A DNA stretch of 62,584 nucleotides, filler included, from Pirum gemmata (GCA_002812295.1; 16 parts of 16 records of this genome joined end to end with filler, not necessarily neighbours in it), one strand, 5' to 3'; counted from the whole stretch's first letter, positions 39,617 through 54,143 are shown. Numbers and translations: made by a program. Notes: generated by a model not told the origin, from the letters alone.

Positions 39617-42600
39617 GGTCCGACACCCAGCAAAACGAGGAAGAAGCGTAGTTCTTCAGCCAAGAAGCCATATGAAACAGGACGTAAAAAACAAAATGGC
39701 AGTGGATCAAAATTTGGGTCACAACCACGTCGTCGATCACTAGCTCCATCACGCCAACCAACCGAACCATTCCAGGAGTCAATGGAACATGTTTTTATGT
39801 ATACCCAACCAAATTCAGCTTCACCTTTACCACCTTTGTCAACTGCACCATCACCTACACCACCTATAGTAACGTTGCCATCACCTCCACTGGCAGCTAG
39901 TGTTATGCATGTACATGATGAATCAATTTTGTTGAACACAACGAACAACACACTCAAAACACAACAAATTTTGCTGCAACGGGAACGCAATAATAAATAT
40001 ATTAAGGCTTATGAAAATCAAATCAAGCTTTTAACACAAGATAATGATTTTTTAGAGCAAAAACTACAAGAGGCTCAGGCCCAAAAAACTAAAAACCCCC
40101 AAGCGCACGCAACTCAATCCCAAGCGCACGCAACTCAATCCCAAGCGCACGCAACTCAATCCCAAGCGCACGCAGCCCAAGCCCAAGCCCACGTCCACGT
40201 CCAAGCGCACGCAGCTCAATCCCAAGCCCAAGCGCACGCAGCCCAAGCCCAAGCCCAAGCCCAAGCCCAAGCCCAAGCCCAAGCCCAAGCTNNNNNNNNN
40301 NNNCCCAAGCGCACGCAACTCAATCCCAAGCGCACGCAGCCCAAGCCCAAGCCCACGTCCACGTCCAAGCGCACGCAGCTCAATCCCAAGCCCAAGCGCA
40401 CGCAGCCCAAGCCCAAGCCCAAGCCCAAGCCCAAGCCCAAGCCCAGGCCCAGGCCCAAGCCCAGGCCCAGGCCCAAGCCCAAGCCCAAGCCCAAACAACC
40501 CATACTTACACCCAATACCATGGTCATCCTCACTCCAATAACCCAGCTCAAATCTATGATCAACCCCAACCAATGTCAATTCATACAATTCATACCCAGG
40601 CCAAGGTCCAAGAAGCTTATTTACAACAGCAACCTCAATTACATTCCCAGTTCAAACATAGATCCCAACCAAGACCACAACAATTTCAACTGCATTCTCA
40701 GTTACAACACAGGCCTCAACCAAGACCACAACTACTTCAATCGCACTCCCAATCCCAATCCAGATCCCAACCAAGTCATGAAGCACAAACCAGACCTCAA
40801 CTACGACTTCAACCGATTGATGATAAAATCCTCAATTCAAAGAAGAACGTTGAGCCAACAACCACAACCACAACCACAGCATCAGAAAAGGACGGTCCTA
40901 AAAAGGGTAAAAATCCTTCTCCTGAAAAAGAACAGTTAGAGCCCCGTTTGTTATCATCTTCAGAATACAAAGAACAATTAAAAGAGCTACACCAAACATA
41001 TGTTAAACAGCGACAAATCTTGATTGTTCAACAGGTTCAAGAACAGCAAGCGCAAAAGAAACGATATGAGCAACGGCTAAAGAAGTTGGAATTAAAGGAG
41101 GAGGCTGAGAAAAAGATGAAAGAATATCAGGAGCAACAAGAAAAACTTCGGGAGCAGCGTCAGCTTAGGAGAGAGGAACAACGAAAAGAACAGCAAAAGC
41201 GGGAAGAAGCTGAAGCAACTACAGATTCCGAAGGTTCGGAAAGCTCTAAAAAGATACTACCACAAAAAAATGATACTACAACAAAGAGCACAGCAAAGTT
41301 TAAAATGCCAAAATACATAACTCAAAAACGTATCGATGAGGTCATACAACTATCAAAGGATAATCTTGAACAAAACAAACAAGCTAAAAAGGAACGGGGA
41401 CGGCCACGAAGGGGACCGAAAAATGCAGTGACTGCATTACAATCAAAACTATTGACACCGTCGCCTTTTAAGAATAATAGCTGTAATGATGGTGGTGACA
41501 GTGATGATGGTTATGTGAAAGAGGGTGAAACAATGCGACAATGTTTGGAAAGAAGTTACGGGTACCAAAGAATAAAATTAAACAAAAATCACGAACAACA
41601 ATTGAGCGAACTCCTAAAAAATCATGAGGAAGAATTGAAGGATTTACAGAAAAACATTGAAACAGTTAATACAAGTATTAATAACCAGGTTATTGATGTA
41701 ACACCACCACCACAGAAAAAACCCACCAGAAAATATGTTAAGAAGAATAAACCAACTTCAAAAGCTGAATGTGTATCCGGCCTTGGTAGCCTCAACGAAG
41801 AAGGTAGAAAAGCAGCGTGTGTAAAAATCGTAGAACTTCAAGAGAAAAGAAAAACAGACCGCAAGGCAGCTCAAAAACGTGCCCGCTTGTATATGGAAAG
41901 AAAATCTAATCCCCAGCCTAACACAAATAATGATTCTACTCAACCGGAGACGCAAAAACAAGCCAACTTGGATGGCATCGAACCTGTTTCAAAGTCACAA
42001 AGCACAACTCACGTAATCAAACGACGAAAATCAAGGTCTAACGATAACGCAATCCAAGCTAAGCCACCGACACAACCAGAAGAAAATTCCAATTTAGAAC
42101 CTCAAACACAGGCTAAAGAAAGCTCTAACCCAGAAAAAACTTTAGTTTTGCCTGAACCACAACCACAAGAATCACAAGAACCACAAGCATTCTTAAGTCC
42201 AGAAAAAACTTCCACCATAGATCAAACAAAGACTAGTTTAACAAAGTCTTTTGTGCAAGAACATGGATCAGAAAGAGAAGCAGTGTTAAAGGGAGGTGAA
42301 GTTACTGATGTAATAAAAAGGCAGCAGTCAGAAAGAAATAAAAAATTGGCCCGAGTCAAAGCTATGCAAGATCGTGAACTTACTCTGCAAAACCAACAAA
42401 AACAATCAGATTCCCCTGTTATTAAGGAAAGTAAGCCAAACAAAAGGCCATTGCCAGCCGAACAACCCAAAGTTCCGGAAAGGAAAATCAGTCCTACCGA
42501 GGCAATGGATATGAAGACAAAAGCTCAAGTTCAAGCTTCTAAAATAATCGATGACCAGGAAGCTAAAATCCAAGCATTCCTCAAAGAACAACGTAAGACG

Positions 42601-42882
42601 CCGAAAAGGAAATCTCTCCAACCATCAGCAGTGCAAAAGGATAAGTATGGACAAAACGATAGAGAGAATGGGCAAATTTTCAAGGTAGGAGCTCAGAAGC
42701 GTAAGCATCCGGAAAAGAATGGAGGAGAGGAAAAACGACTGAACTCACAGCAAGAAAAAGAAAAAGTAGTGTTACCGTTAAGGTATGGTGGTATCATGAA
42801 TCAACTTATGATGGCTGGAGATGATAATGGTTCCAATTCTAATTTTGATATTTTGTTGGACAAAAAGAAAATATTTTTTTGA
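39617..42882 (+). CDS. Large Q/K/E-rich disordered and coiled-coil protein with an AT-hook-like RGRP motif; terminal exon, frame broken only by the N gap at about 40292-40303
   Basis: The frame is open from a TAG| acceptor at 39616. The HAAQAQ repeat frame resumes after the gap and runs into ORF 40573-42882. Contains KKERGRPRRGPK. Confidence 0.65.
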
Positions 42883-42934
42883 AATTTATACTCCTTTTAA
42901 ACACTTTTAGATGGCAAGTGAATAATTAAATGAC

Positions 42935-42977
<43 letters not shown>

Positions 42978-43361
42978 TTAATAATAATAATTGGTAGTAG
43001 TAGTTAATCTTTTGTAATAATTTCAAAGTGCACAGCCATTGTTTATGGCATATCACAAAAACTTATCTATTCGTGTTTTGGTTTGCTTTTTCTAATTGTT
43101 TTTAGTGTAACCATGACCCACGATTTCTACGCTTCAAACTGCTTGGAATCGAAAATTCCAGATTTCAACAAAATTAATTTTCACAAGACAATCAAAAATG
43201 GTACAATAATGGTTTTTGTTATTATAAGTTAACATAGTTTTTATTTCAATAATAACAATAANNNNNNNNNNNNNNNNNNNNNNNNNNNNNNNNNNNNNNN
43301 NNNNNTTAATTAATTAANNNNNNNNNNNNNNNNNNNNNNNNNNNNNNNNNNNNNNNNNNNN

Positions 43362-43393
<32 letters not shown>

Positions 43394-43448
43394 GAAATAT
43401 TAACAATAATAATATTATTATTAGTATTAGTATTAGTATTAGTATTAG

Positions 43449-44595
43449 TGATAATTCGCAAATGGTATTTGTACCAATTGGTACAAATCAATTGTGCCAA
43501 GTGGCGCAAATAGTAAAGTAACTTAATTAATTAACATCTTAAAGACAGTTTAAGCGTTATATATTAATCAAATAGGTATATTTAGGATATATTTGAACAA
43601 AATAAAGCTTTATTTATAGTTTTAATCTGAAACGGCTAGTACATTAACAGATCTTGTGCGACATCTTTTAATTCGTTTGCGACCAGCTAGTTTTGGGGTT
43701 GAATTTTCATCATTGTTTACAATATGTGCAGCAAAACAATCACTGCATATCGAAACTTTAATTTGTTACAACTAATTTTACCACAGTAAGTAGATACTCT
43801 ATTTGATTTACAGTGTACACAAGTATATCTAGGACGACGTTTGTATGTACCTATAAAAACCACGTCATGCTTAAGTAGTGAATGACTAGACATATCAACT
43901 CTCAATTCACCTCTCAATTCACTAGCATTATTTTCACTCATTAATACACCATGAAATTCTACTTCACTATTATCCGTTCGTTTTCTCTTTCTTTGTGGGC
44001 TAGAAACAACTTCATCTTCGGAATCATCCTTTCCACTACCATCACCACCACTATTAGATTTATTGGTTGATTTAGAGTTGCTTTGGTCGTTATCACTTTC
44101 AACTTCGTTGTTTTTGTTTTTTCATTGCCTTTTCCTACAATCACCACTAAAACCCCCTTTTTTTTTCTGGTACAAGTTGACATCTTCAAGATCAACCTCT
44201 TCATCTGCACCATCAATATCCATTTTTACGATTGCAGACTTATTAAATTTTCGTTGTACAACTCCTGAGAGTTTTTTATCGTATGGAATGTTTTTTCTAT
44301 CACACCACTCTTCAGAAAAACACTTTGCATAAACAAATACGCGTGTTCCTTTACCCTTTATAACCATTTTCAATTTAGTAAGTTAAATCTTTAATTTCAA
44401 AATTACGAAAGTTAATTTTTAATATAGTTTAAGAATGAGGCAAGAAAATGAAAAATCCTGTAAAAAAACTAAAATATAGACTGCATACAATAAGAAAGTG
44501 AAAAGGGTTAGGGTTAGGGTTAGTTCCAACATTCCAATTAATTGTACCAATTGCTACAAAATTTGTACCAATTGGTATAAATTAGCGAATTATCA
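43449..44595 (-). mobile_element. Internally deleted piggyBac-like TIR element
   Basis: Perfect 11-bp TIR TGATAATTCGC/GCGAATTATCA plus subterminal TT(G/A)TACCAATTGGTACAAA, flanked by TTAG on both sides. It contains a transposase-like remnant. Confidence 0.7.
43622..44367 (-). pseudogene. Transposase remnant: N-terminal domain, acidic linker and piggyBac-type Cys-rich C-terminus; no catalytic core
   Basis: ORFs 44122-44373 and 43717-43941 are in frame across one TGA. A frameshift near 43760 completes RYTCVHC..TYCGKISC..SICSDCFAAH. Confidence 0.65.
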
Positions 44596-45219
44596 TTAGT
44601 ATTAGTATTAGTATTAGTATATTATTAGTATTAGTACTAGTATTAGTATTAGTATTAGTATTAGTATTAGTATTAGTATTAGTATTAGTATTAGTATTAG
44701 TATTAGTATTAGTATTAGTATTAGTATTAGTATTAGTATTAGTATTAGTATAAGTATTAGTATTAGTATTAGTATTAGTATTAATAGTAGTATTAGTGTT
44801 AGTATTGGATTAATATTAATATTGGTATTGTTACAATATATAGCCATAACCAACTAACCAAAGGTAAGCATAAGATAATATTGAAATAAAGTAAAATAAA
44901 AATATTAATGATAACAATAAAAAACATTCACAATCAACGAAAAATATGATAACTAAGTAAAAATAAAGAAAGAAATGATAAAACTCTTAACTATAATGGC
45001 AATATATATTACAATATATATTCATAATCAAAAGGTAGGTATGGTATGTATGTATGTATGTATTAATAATAACAATAATAAATGTTGAAATAATCGAAAA
45101 ATAATAATTGAATAAAAATAGAAAGAAATATAGTAACAATGGGTATTGAAATATATATATAATTATAATCCAGGTATGATTACGAATAAGTCTATAGCAA
45201 GCTCCCAATATCAGATTCG

Positions 45220-45250
<31 letters not shown>

Positions 45251-45859
45251 AAACAACAACAAAAACAACGACAAAAGCAACAACAAAACAGTAGTAACAC
45301 TACGGATAGTGAACTTACTAAAAAGAGTAGCACTTCGTTTGTGATTAATGATCAAGACCTTAAAGACAAACCAGAAGCTTAGTCATAAAATTTACGAAAA
45401 CAAAAAATAGAAATTAACATTTTTTTATTATTGTAATATCAAGTGTGTAAAAAGTGAAAAAAAGAGCAAAAAACGGGTCAAAAAAGGCAAAAAAGGCAAA
45501 AAAGGCAAAAAGGGCAAAAAGGGCAAAAAGGGCAAAAAGGGCAAAAAGGGAAAAAAGGGCAAAAAGGGCAAAAAGGGCAAAAAGGGGAAAGGGCAAAAGG
45601 GGAAAGGGCAAAAGGGGAAAGGAAAAAAGGGGCAAAAGGGGCAAAAGGTACAAATTCTTAGAAATTCTTAGAAATTTCATAGAAAAACTTGAAACTCGAA
45701 AAAAAGAGAATATTATTTCAAAATTGCCATGTTTTAATAATTAGGATCAAGCGGTTTGATTCGATCATGTTATCATTTCAAATTTGTCATTATTTAATAA
45801 TTAGGATCAAGCTGTTTGATTCGATTATGTATATATACGGTATATATGTACTATATGTA

Positions 45860-46207
45860 TAGGGCTAGCACGGATGACGTCACAATAATATATTTTTATT
45901 TGTATTTTTTGCTATCCTCGTTTCTTTTTTCCTCTACCGAGACTAGTTCGGAATTCTCAAAAATTTTCTATCTAATTTTAAGTTTTGACTCACTTTTGAT
46001 TTCATTAAAAAATTCTTAAAAATTCTTAGAAAAAACTTGAAACTCGAAAAAAAAAAAAAAAAAAGGAATATTATTTCAAAATTGTCACTATTTAATAATT
46101 AGGATCGAGCTGTTTGATTCGATTATGTTTTCCGGTATCTCCCTATAATAACCTATGCTCGAGGTTAGAAAAAATATATTCCTATGACGCCATCCATGCT
46201 AGCCCTA
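45860..46207. mobile_element. TAGGG..CCCTA-ended TIR element carrying a nested MITE
   Basis: TAGGGCTAGCACGGATGACGTCA versus TGACGCCATCCATGCTAGCCCTA is a 21/23 inverted match. A GGGAGATGCGGG-family copy lies inside at about 45930-46145. Confidence 0.65.
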
Positions 46208-47717
46208 TACTTTAGCACCTAAACATACCTAAACCTTATTTATAATTTTCCATTATTTTGTATATATTTTTAAGTCTAGTATTCCAGTAGTATTCCTCAC
46301 AAAATAGTTTTTTAAAAAATTAGTCTGAAAAATACCCTACATTCATTGGTGTATTTTCTTACGGGCGTATTTTCGCATGCTCGAAGTTGTTTTCGCCACA
46401 TTTACACATTTTTCTAGTCTGGGTGAGCATATAATAACTCATATAATAGAGTTGGTACCAAAAAAATTGTTTACTAATTAAAATGACATGCGTGGTGCGA
46501 TTTTGTCTAGTTTCGCCCGATAACTTTTCGAATAATCGAGCTATGGGCGTGAAAAAAGAGTAAACATTTAGCGCATGACGTGCCCTTAACTTAGGGAACA
46601 TTCGTTAATAACATTTTAAAAATACCCTTTTTCTAGATTACCATTTTAAGGGCTTAGATTGCAATCTTCACAGTCTGTATATAGTATATAGTTTGTACAT
46701 TGATATTAGAATTGTCCAAAATAATGTTATTGCCCTTATTTCACATTAAAAAAGATGAAAAAAATGAAAGTTCGAACCATATTTAGTCTAACACCTTGAA
46801 ATAAAAAATAGGAGTCTAATAAACTGTCAGAATCCTCTTATATTATTATTAATGTTCTTCATGCTCTAACCCTAACCCTAATCCTAGACTTAACCTTAAC
46901 CCTAACCCTAACCCTAACCCTCTAACCCTCTAACCCTAGCCATGTATAACAGTATACTATATATAAATATTTTAAGTTTTTTTAACATCACCTCAACAAA
47001 CAACCCCCTCTCCATCTCATCAAGACTTAGTTAAAAATGAATAATAATGCAATAACCGAAAATTAAAAATTAAATTTTATTATTTTTGTAATTTTAATTT
47101 TAATAATAATAATAATANNNNNNNNNNNNNNNNNNNNNNNNNNNNNNNNNNNNNNNNNNNNTTAATTAATTAANNNNNNNNNNNNNNNNNNNNNNNNNNN
47201 NNNNNNNNNNNNNNNNNTAACCCTAACCCTAAGCCTAAGCCTAAGCCTAAGCCTAAGCCTAAGCCTAAGCCTAAGCCTAACTCAGTAAACTCTATTATGA
47301 GCCAATGGCTAGTTTTAAAAAATAATTTGGCTATTTATATTTAAAGGTTTTTAGAAAAGAAAAGTCTTTTTTAAAAAAAAAATGATGAAATTATATGTAT
47401 TTATATATTTGTATATTTATATATTATGGATAGGGAAGGACGTCACTTATTCTTTGATAGAAGTTATTGCTCGAAATGTGACTTAATTAAACTGTTTTAG
47501 GCTCTATTGAAAAACACGATAGAATCAGTTGGTAAACAGATACTAAGTAATAGTACTGTACATCAAGCTTAATTGGAATAATATTATAATGCTATTAATA
47601 TCAATTAATAAATGAATATTTCGATAACGAGCTAATACAGCGATTGCTATTAACTGTAAACATAATATGCAATTGTTTGTAGAATGCTACTACTATTAAT
47701 ACTACTATTACTACCAC

Positions 47718-47757
<40 letters not shown>

Positions 47758-49979
47758 TATAAGTATTATGTCAATACTATCATTACGACTTCTACGAGTA
47801 CGAACGTTAGGTTACTGTACATGTATGTTAGGGTAATATAAATATTTAGAGTTGGTGTTAGGTTGAGGGTTTTTTTTCATGTTTCATCATGGTTGCATTT
47901 TAATAACAGTCTCCTATAATGATCTATATATACATATATAGAGGTTACTATGTATATTTTGATTTTATTTTTTCATTTTTTGGTTTTTTTGACTTTCATC
48001 ATTTTTTTTTTCCCTTTTTTGGTTTGATAGAGGACCAATAGAAGTTAACATACCGGTAGTCTAGAAAAGTTGAATTATTTTAGTTGAGTTTACTTTACAG
48101 TTTACTTACAGTCTTACACCCCGTCAACAACGTGATAATTATTTTTTTAAAAAAATACATATTCATAACAATATTTTATTTTTTTTTTAAAAAAACAATC
48201 AGTAAGACAAAAACTTTTAAACCCAGCTAATAATAAATGACAACATAATATTATAACAAGAACAACAATAACAACAGTAACATAGATTACTGGTGTAGTC
48301 TAGTCTCTAGAAAAGTAAAAAGTTTTTGCAAAAAATAAGACATAAATTTTATGATATTATAATTTATGATTAAAACATTAGGTAAAGGTTAGGGGTTGGG
48401 GTTTAAAAGGTAGAATTAGGGTTAAAATTTAAAGTTAGTTGTAATGATTAGGATTAGGATTAGCAGGGGTTATGGGATGGGGTAAAGGTTAGGGGTTGGG
48501 GTTGGGGTAATAAAATTAAGGGATTAGGGTTAAAGTTAGTTGTGATGATTAGGATTAGGATTAGGATTAGAGTTAGGTTTACGGTTAGAATCATGGTTGT
48601 AATTGGTAAAGGTTATATATATTAGTTGTGAGGATTAGGATTGGGCTTTAGATGTTTTAGGGTTAGGGAAGGTAGGTGTCAGATAGTATAATATTATAGA
48701 GCATTATGTACTATTACGTACACACCGCTGCACAAATTAGCACAATACACAGCGACAATGAAATGAAAGAATCATTTCATTTGTCAGCATTTGTTGACGT
48801 TTGTTAGATCTGGCTTTTTCTACTAGCTCTTAGCCTCTTAGACATCTTTTTCTCATCTTTCTGTTTTGAGAGACTGTGAGAGGACGACTTTTAGAGCCTT
48901 AGAGAGTCTTAGTTGAGGAGTCTAAATTATTTCTCTAAAACGTTTTCTACATCTGGAATCCCAAAACAACCCTATATATAGATTATATACTAAAATTATA
49001 TAGTGATGACGAAACAGTCTATAAAAATATTTCACCCATTGAAATTTAGTTTATTGCCTAACGTACCGGTAAATAGCTCTCTTTTAGGTAAAACGCACCA
49101 ATAAAGTTTGGATGAGCATATATGGTGCAAATAATTTTTTTAAAAACGTCTGACTTTCTAAAGAGTTTCACTAGAATTTTAGTTTTCAAACATAAGCTTT
49201 ATTAGAATTTTAGTTTTCAAACATAAGTAATGTAATAGGTATTTTATAGGTTTGATATATTCAAACATAAAAAATATAGATGGGACTTTTAACAATTAGT
49301 AAATAAAAGTTGGACGTTTTTAAATTGTTTGCGCCATAAGATGAAACTCTGACTCACAATCAATTTTATTTTTTTTGAAAAAATATCGAAAATAACCACC
49401 AATAATATGACATTTATGCACTCTAATGATCACAATTCACGTCTGCAATTATTTACGTTTGTAAACAACCCTATTTATGATAATATTATGATATCGACAT
49501 GATATGATAAAAGCTAGCCTAACACAACCCTAACCTTAGACTAACCCTAACCCTAACCCTCTGCACCAACCCTAACCTTAAACCCAACCTTTGAGATGAA
49601 TGATTGGGGTACCCTTTGGTGAATTTGAAAAAGAATCGCAAATGATTATATTATGATAACAGCAATAAAAAAAACTAATCAAAAAACAAAAAAAAAAAAC
49701 TTTTTTCCATCTTCATCGCCAACCTTCGCACACTCCTTACAGTTGTAATTATTTTAGTTACTACTTGGTTATTAGTCTTTGGAAGTTTTTTTCAGGTGAT
49801 GCAATGTTTTTTAACTGACGAATCCATCCAAAAAAATAAAAATACAATTTAAAATAATAATTATATGTAAATGCCATTAAAATAAAATAATAAAATAATC
49901 CTTAATCCAGTCGCTGTATTTCATATTTAGAACATTGCCCAGTTAGTAGTGTTGTCTTTTCAATATAAAATGGACGTAA

Positions 49980-50220
49980 TAATTGATTGTATTTTTTGTT
50001 ACCTTTTTCCAATTTATTTTGCAATGAAGAACATGTGTATTAATTAATATTCATACATTTTAATTAACTTTATTATCATTACTTTTAAATAAGTCATTAT
50101 ATTAATAATTGATTGTATTTTTTGTTACCTTTTTTCAATTTATTTTGCAATGAAAAACATGTGTATTAATTAATATTCATACATTTTAATTAACTTTATT
50201 ATCATTACTTTTAAATAAGT
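49980..50220. repeat. Tandem duplication of a ~125-bp unit
   Basis: taattgattgtattttttgttacc...tacttttaaataagt occurs twice. Confidence 0.85.
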
Positions 50221-51331
50221 GATATCGATTGTTTTTTATAAAACAAGTTGTTTTTATCAAACAAGATTATATCAACCCATATTCCCGGCTACTACTTTTT
50301 CTGATCACAGTAGTTAGTTTTAACACGCACTACCATGATTATACCAGGATGTAATTGTAACCATTATTATTATTACAAGGGTTTATATCAATTTACTTCG
50401 TTAGACTACTAACCCTAACCCTAACCCCGTGATGATACTGGGGTCAGGCACTAGAGCTAGGCATTAAACTGGGTCGAAAGCCTAGGGAGTCAACTAGGTT
50501 GAAGCCACGACCTTAAGGTCTAATTCTAATAATAATAATAATATTAATAAAAGAATAATTAATCTTATAATATGGGCAATTATTTATTATTAGTACGTAT
50601 AATATTCTCTAGGTATAATATTCGTCTACCGGAATAAAAATATACTGAAAATTTTTACACCTTTTATTATTCTGTCCAATACAGAATTTAAAATTCGTCG
50701 ATCATAAAACAACGCTTGTTCTTGTTCGCTGTAAGGATTTTCAATCATACCAATTTCCCCAGACATTTGTTTAGTTACACTTTTGATATTAGGATCGTTT
50801 TAAAAAAATTGTTATTATCGACATTGGACAAACAGGACTAATTGGTTTAAAAATATCATTTTCATCAATATTAATTATTCGGAATAATTTTGCAGGTAAA
50901 GGGAAGTTGAGGGAATCAGGCCAAACAGAGGATCCAAAAAAAAGAAGGAAGCACTGGTACCAAAGTACTTAATCAATAATAATAATANNNNNNNNNNNNN
51001 NNNNNNNNNNNNNNNNNNNNNNNNNNNNNNNTTAATTAATTAANNNNNNNNNNNNNNNNNNNNNNNNNNNNNNNNNNNNNNNNNNNNAATAATAATTTTA
51101 ATACAATAATCTTGTCTGCCTCTACTAAATACTAAAAAAACACATGTATAATCGATATGATAGTATAATGATAGTAGAATAATAATAATAATAATAATAA
51201 TAAAACAAGTATGTAAATTAACTAAATCCTTATTAACTATATTATTTCTCTTTTTAAACAATTCTTTGATTTCACCCCTATTATACATACATCTAAACAA
51301 CAATACACATCTTCTCTTTTCATCTGAAGTC

Positions 51332-52620
51332 TTATCCCAATGCTCTCAATTGAGCATCAATATTACTTTGAAATCCATCAATTATATTAGTGTCGTAAGC
51401 AGGTTGCTCAATTTCCGCTTTGGAATTAAAGTCCTGGGTAGATTGAGCATCGGTTGTTGCCGCGGTGGTTGCTTGGTGAGTTTTAGCGTAATAACCAATA
51501 CCAGCACAAGCGGCAATTAATGCCAATCCTCCAGCAATACTACTTCCTATAATTATTTGCTGTTTAGTAGGCATCCCATCACCATTTTCTGATTTTCTAT
51601 TATTACTTTCTAGCTCTAACGCGGATATTTCATTTTCTGTATTTGAAATATTGGATTTTACATCTTTCAACTTATTTTCAATTTCTTCTCGTTGCTTTTG
51701 TTGATCTTCTGAATTTAACAATTTCTGTAACTGATGATTTAAAATTTGTTCTTGAAGTTTTAAATTTTTTAATTGTTGTAGTAAAATTTCTTTCTTCGTT
51801 TTTTTCAAGTGATCATCAGATTCTTTGGGTGTTAGTGTTGGGGTTTTCGTTTTCTTTTTTGCGTTTTTGCATACTTTTCCACCACCAGAACAATCTAACA
51901 CGTACCAACACTTTCCGTTATCATCCTGGCAAAACTTTTCAGCATCTTTGTTAATAAATGTGGCGAAGCTAGTACATGGCCCACAGAAGCCATCCTCCGC
52001 CACCTCGGTTGTTTTTGTTGGTGTTGTTGTTGTAGACATTGTTGATGTTGGTGGTGATGATGATGTAGTAGTAGTAGTAGTGGATGGCGTTGTATTGTTT
52101 GTTGGTGTAGTACTGTTAGTAATGTTTATTGGTGCTGTATTGTTTGTTGGTGTTTTTGAATTTGTTGTTATTGTAATATTAGTTGGTGTTTTAATGTTGG
52201 TTGGTGTTGTCATGTTTGTTGATATTGTATTGTTTGTTGGTGTTGTAATATTCGTTTTTGGTTTTGTTATGTTCGTTGGTGTTTTAATTTTTATTGGTGT
52301 CGTTGTAATATTTGTTGATGTTGTATTATTTGTTGGTTTTGTAATGTTCGTTGGGTTTTTAATTGGTGTTGTAATGTTAGTTGGTTTTGTAATGTTTGTT
52401 GATATTGTAATGCTTGCTGGTTTTACAATGTTCGTTTTTGGTTTTGTTATGTTTGTTGGTGTTTTAATTTTTGTTGGTGTTGTTGTAATGTTTGTTGCTG
52501 AAATTGATACTGGTATCGATTCATCTAAATTCAGTAATAACCCTTCAGAACAAACCCCGTTTTCTGGACAAGGCTCGCAGTCATTAACATCTTTTGCCCC
52601 GATGTTATTGTTAAAAGTAC
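51332..52620 (-). CDS. Last exon of a mucin-like type-I membrane protein
   Basis: AG acceptor at 52622-52621, then GTFNNNIGAKDVNDCEPCPENGVCSEG, a T/P/N-rich stalk with many NxT sequons, a small Cys domain, a coiled coil and TM segment IIIGSSIAGGLALIAACAGIGYY. Confidence 0.85.
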
Positions 52621-52658
52621 CTAGTTTTCGGAATTCAAATTATTATTATTAATTATTA

Positions 52659-52742
<84 letters not shown>

Positions 52743-52779
52743 TCACGGGAAAAAAAAACCAGATATTGCTTTTACCATG

Positions 52780-53425
52780 TGTACATATAAATTTTATATG
52801 CCTATAATATGTAGGCATATAGTAAGCATATAGTGTTATATGCATTTGGTGTATGCATACTGTTGATATGAAATTATATGAGGGCATATAGGATATGCAT
52901 ATAATTATATGAGGGCATACGGGATATGCATATAATCATATGAGGGCATATGGGATATGCATATAGTATGTAGTCATACTTTTTTTATATGTATGTACTG
53001 TATATGTACACATAATTTTAGATGCAAGTATATGTGCACATATTTTTTAATATGCCATACTATGAGTGCATATTATAATATGGAATACAATATGCAGTAA
53101 TAAATTTTATATGCATGTACAGTATATGTATACATAATTTATATGCAAGTATGTGTGACATATTTTTTAATATGACATATTTACTATGAGTGCATATTAT
53201 AATATGGAATACAATATGCAGTAATAAATTTTATATGCATATACAGTATATGTATACATAATTTATATGCAAGTATATATATGTGACTTATTTTTAAAAT
53301 GACATACTATGAGTGTATATTATAATATGGAATAGAATATGCAGTAATATTTTTTTATATATATGCAATTATATATATGCAAACCATATCTTTATAATTA
53401 TGTGATACTATGAGGGCATAATTAT
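52780..53425. repeat. ATATGC-rich satellite (24-bp and ~125-bp units)
   Basis: Repeats of gagggcata..ggatatgcata and atactatgagtgcatattataatatggaata. Confidence 0.8.
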
Positions 53426-54143
53426 ATAGTGCTTTTCAGTTGTTTTGTCATCATAAAATATGCAATAAATCATACCAAATTAATACAATATGAACCATTT
53501 AATTTAATTTGGTGTCTTTTATTATCTATTTATTTATTTAAAAGTGTCTATTTAAATATTATAACCCTCCAAATAAGTATTCAAATTGACAAAATAAATG
53601 AAAAGCACGATATTAGATATAGTGGTACCAGGGCTCGATTCGATAATATTATAAATATGATTCGATTCGAAGTATGACAATAGAATAGGTTGATAATATG
53701 TATGTGACGAGTCAACTGCTTCGAGCGGACTCGAAGCTCCAAAAGTCAATACTCGAGTTAGTGATGATAGCTACTCTGCTACTGTAGCTACTAGCTAGCT
53801 GCCTAGCTAGACTATCATAATTATCATGAGCTCTTCCAAAGATTTCACTGCGTCTACGTAAGTAATTTTTTTTCGGGAGTGTTTTTCGTCTATTATTTTT
53901 CGCATATTTTCGAACGATTTCTTTTTTTCGATTCAATAATAAATATTTATGTTTGATACAATAAATTAATTTTTTCAAAAAAAAAAAATTTCACTTTTTT
54001 TTGCTTTTTTTTTTTTACTTTTTGATTGTTTTTATTTTTGTTTTTTTTATTTTTGCTTATCAGTAACAGCTCAGTAACAGCAACAGTTAGTTGGTTTGTT
54101 TTGTTTTCATTATTATTATTATTACTATTATTGTATTGTTATA

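Noticed and set aside
50600..50965. Coding-like minus-strand fragment (FPLPAKLFRII..MSGEIGMIENPY)
   Set aside because: It is frameshifted and no family could be recognised.
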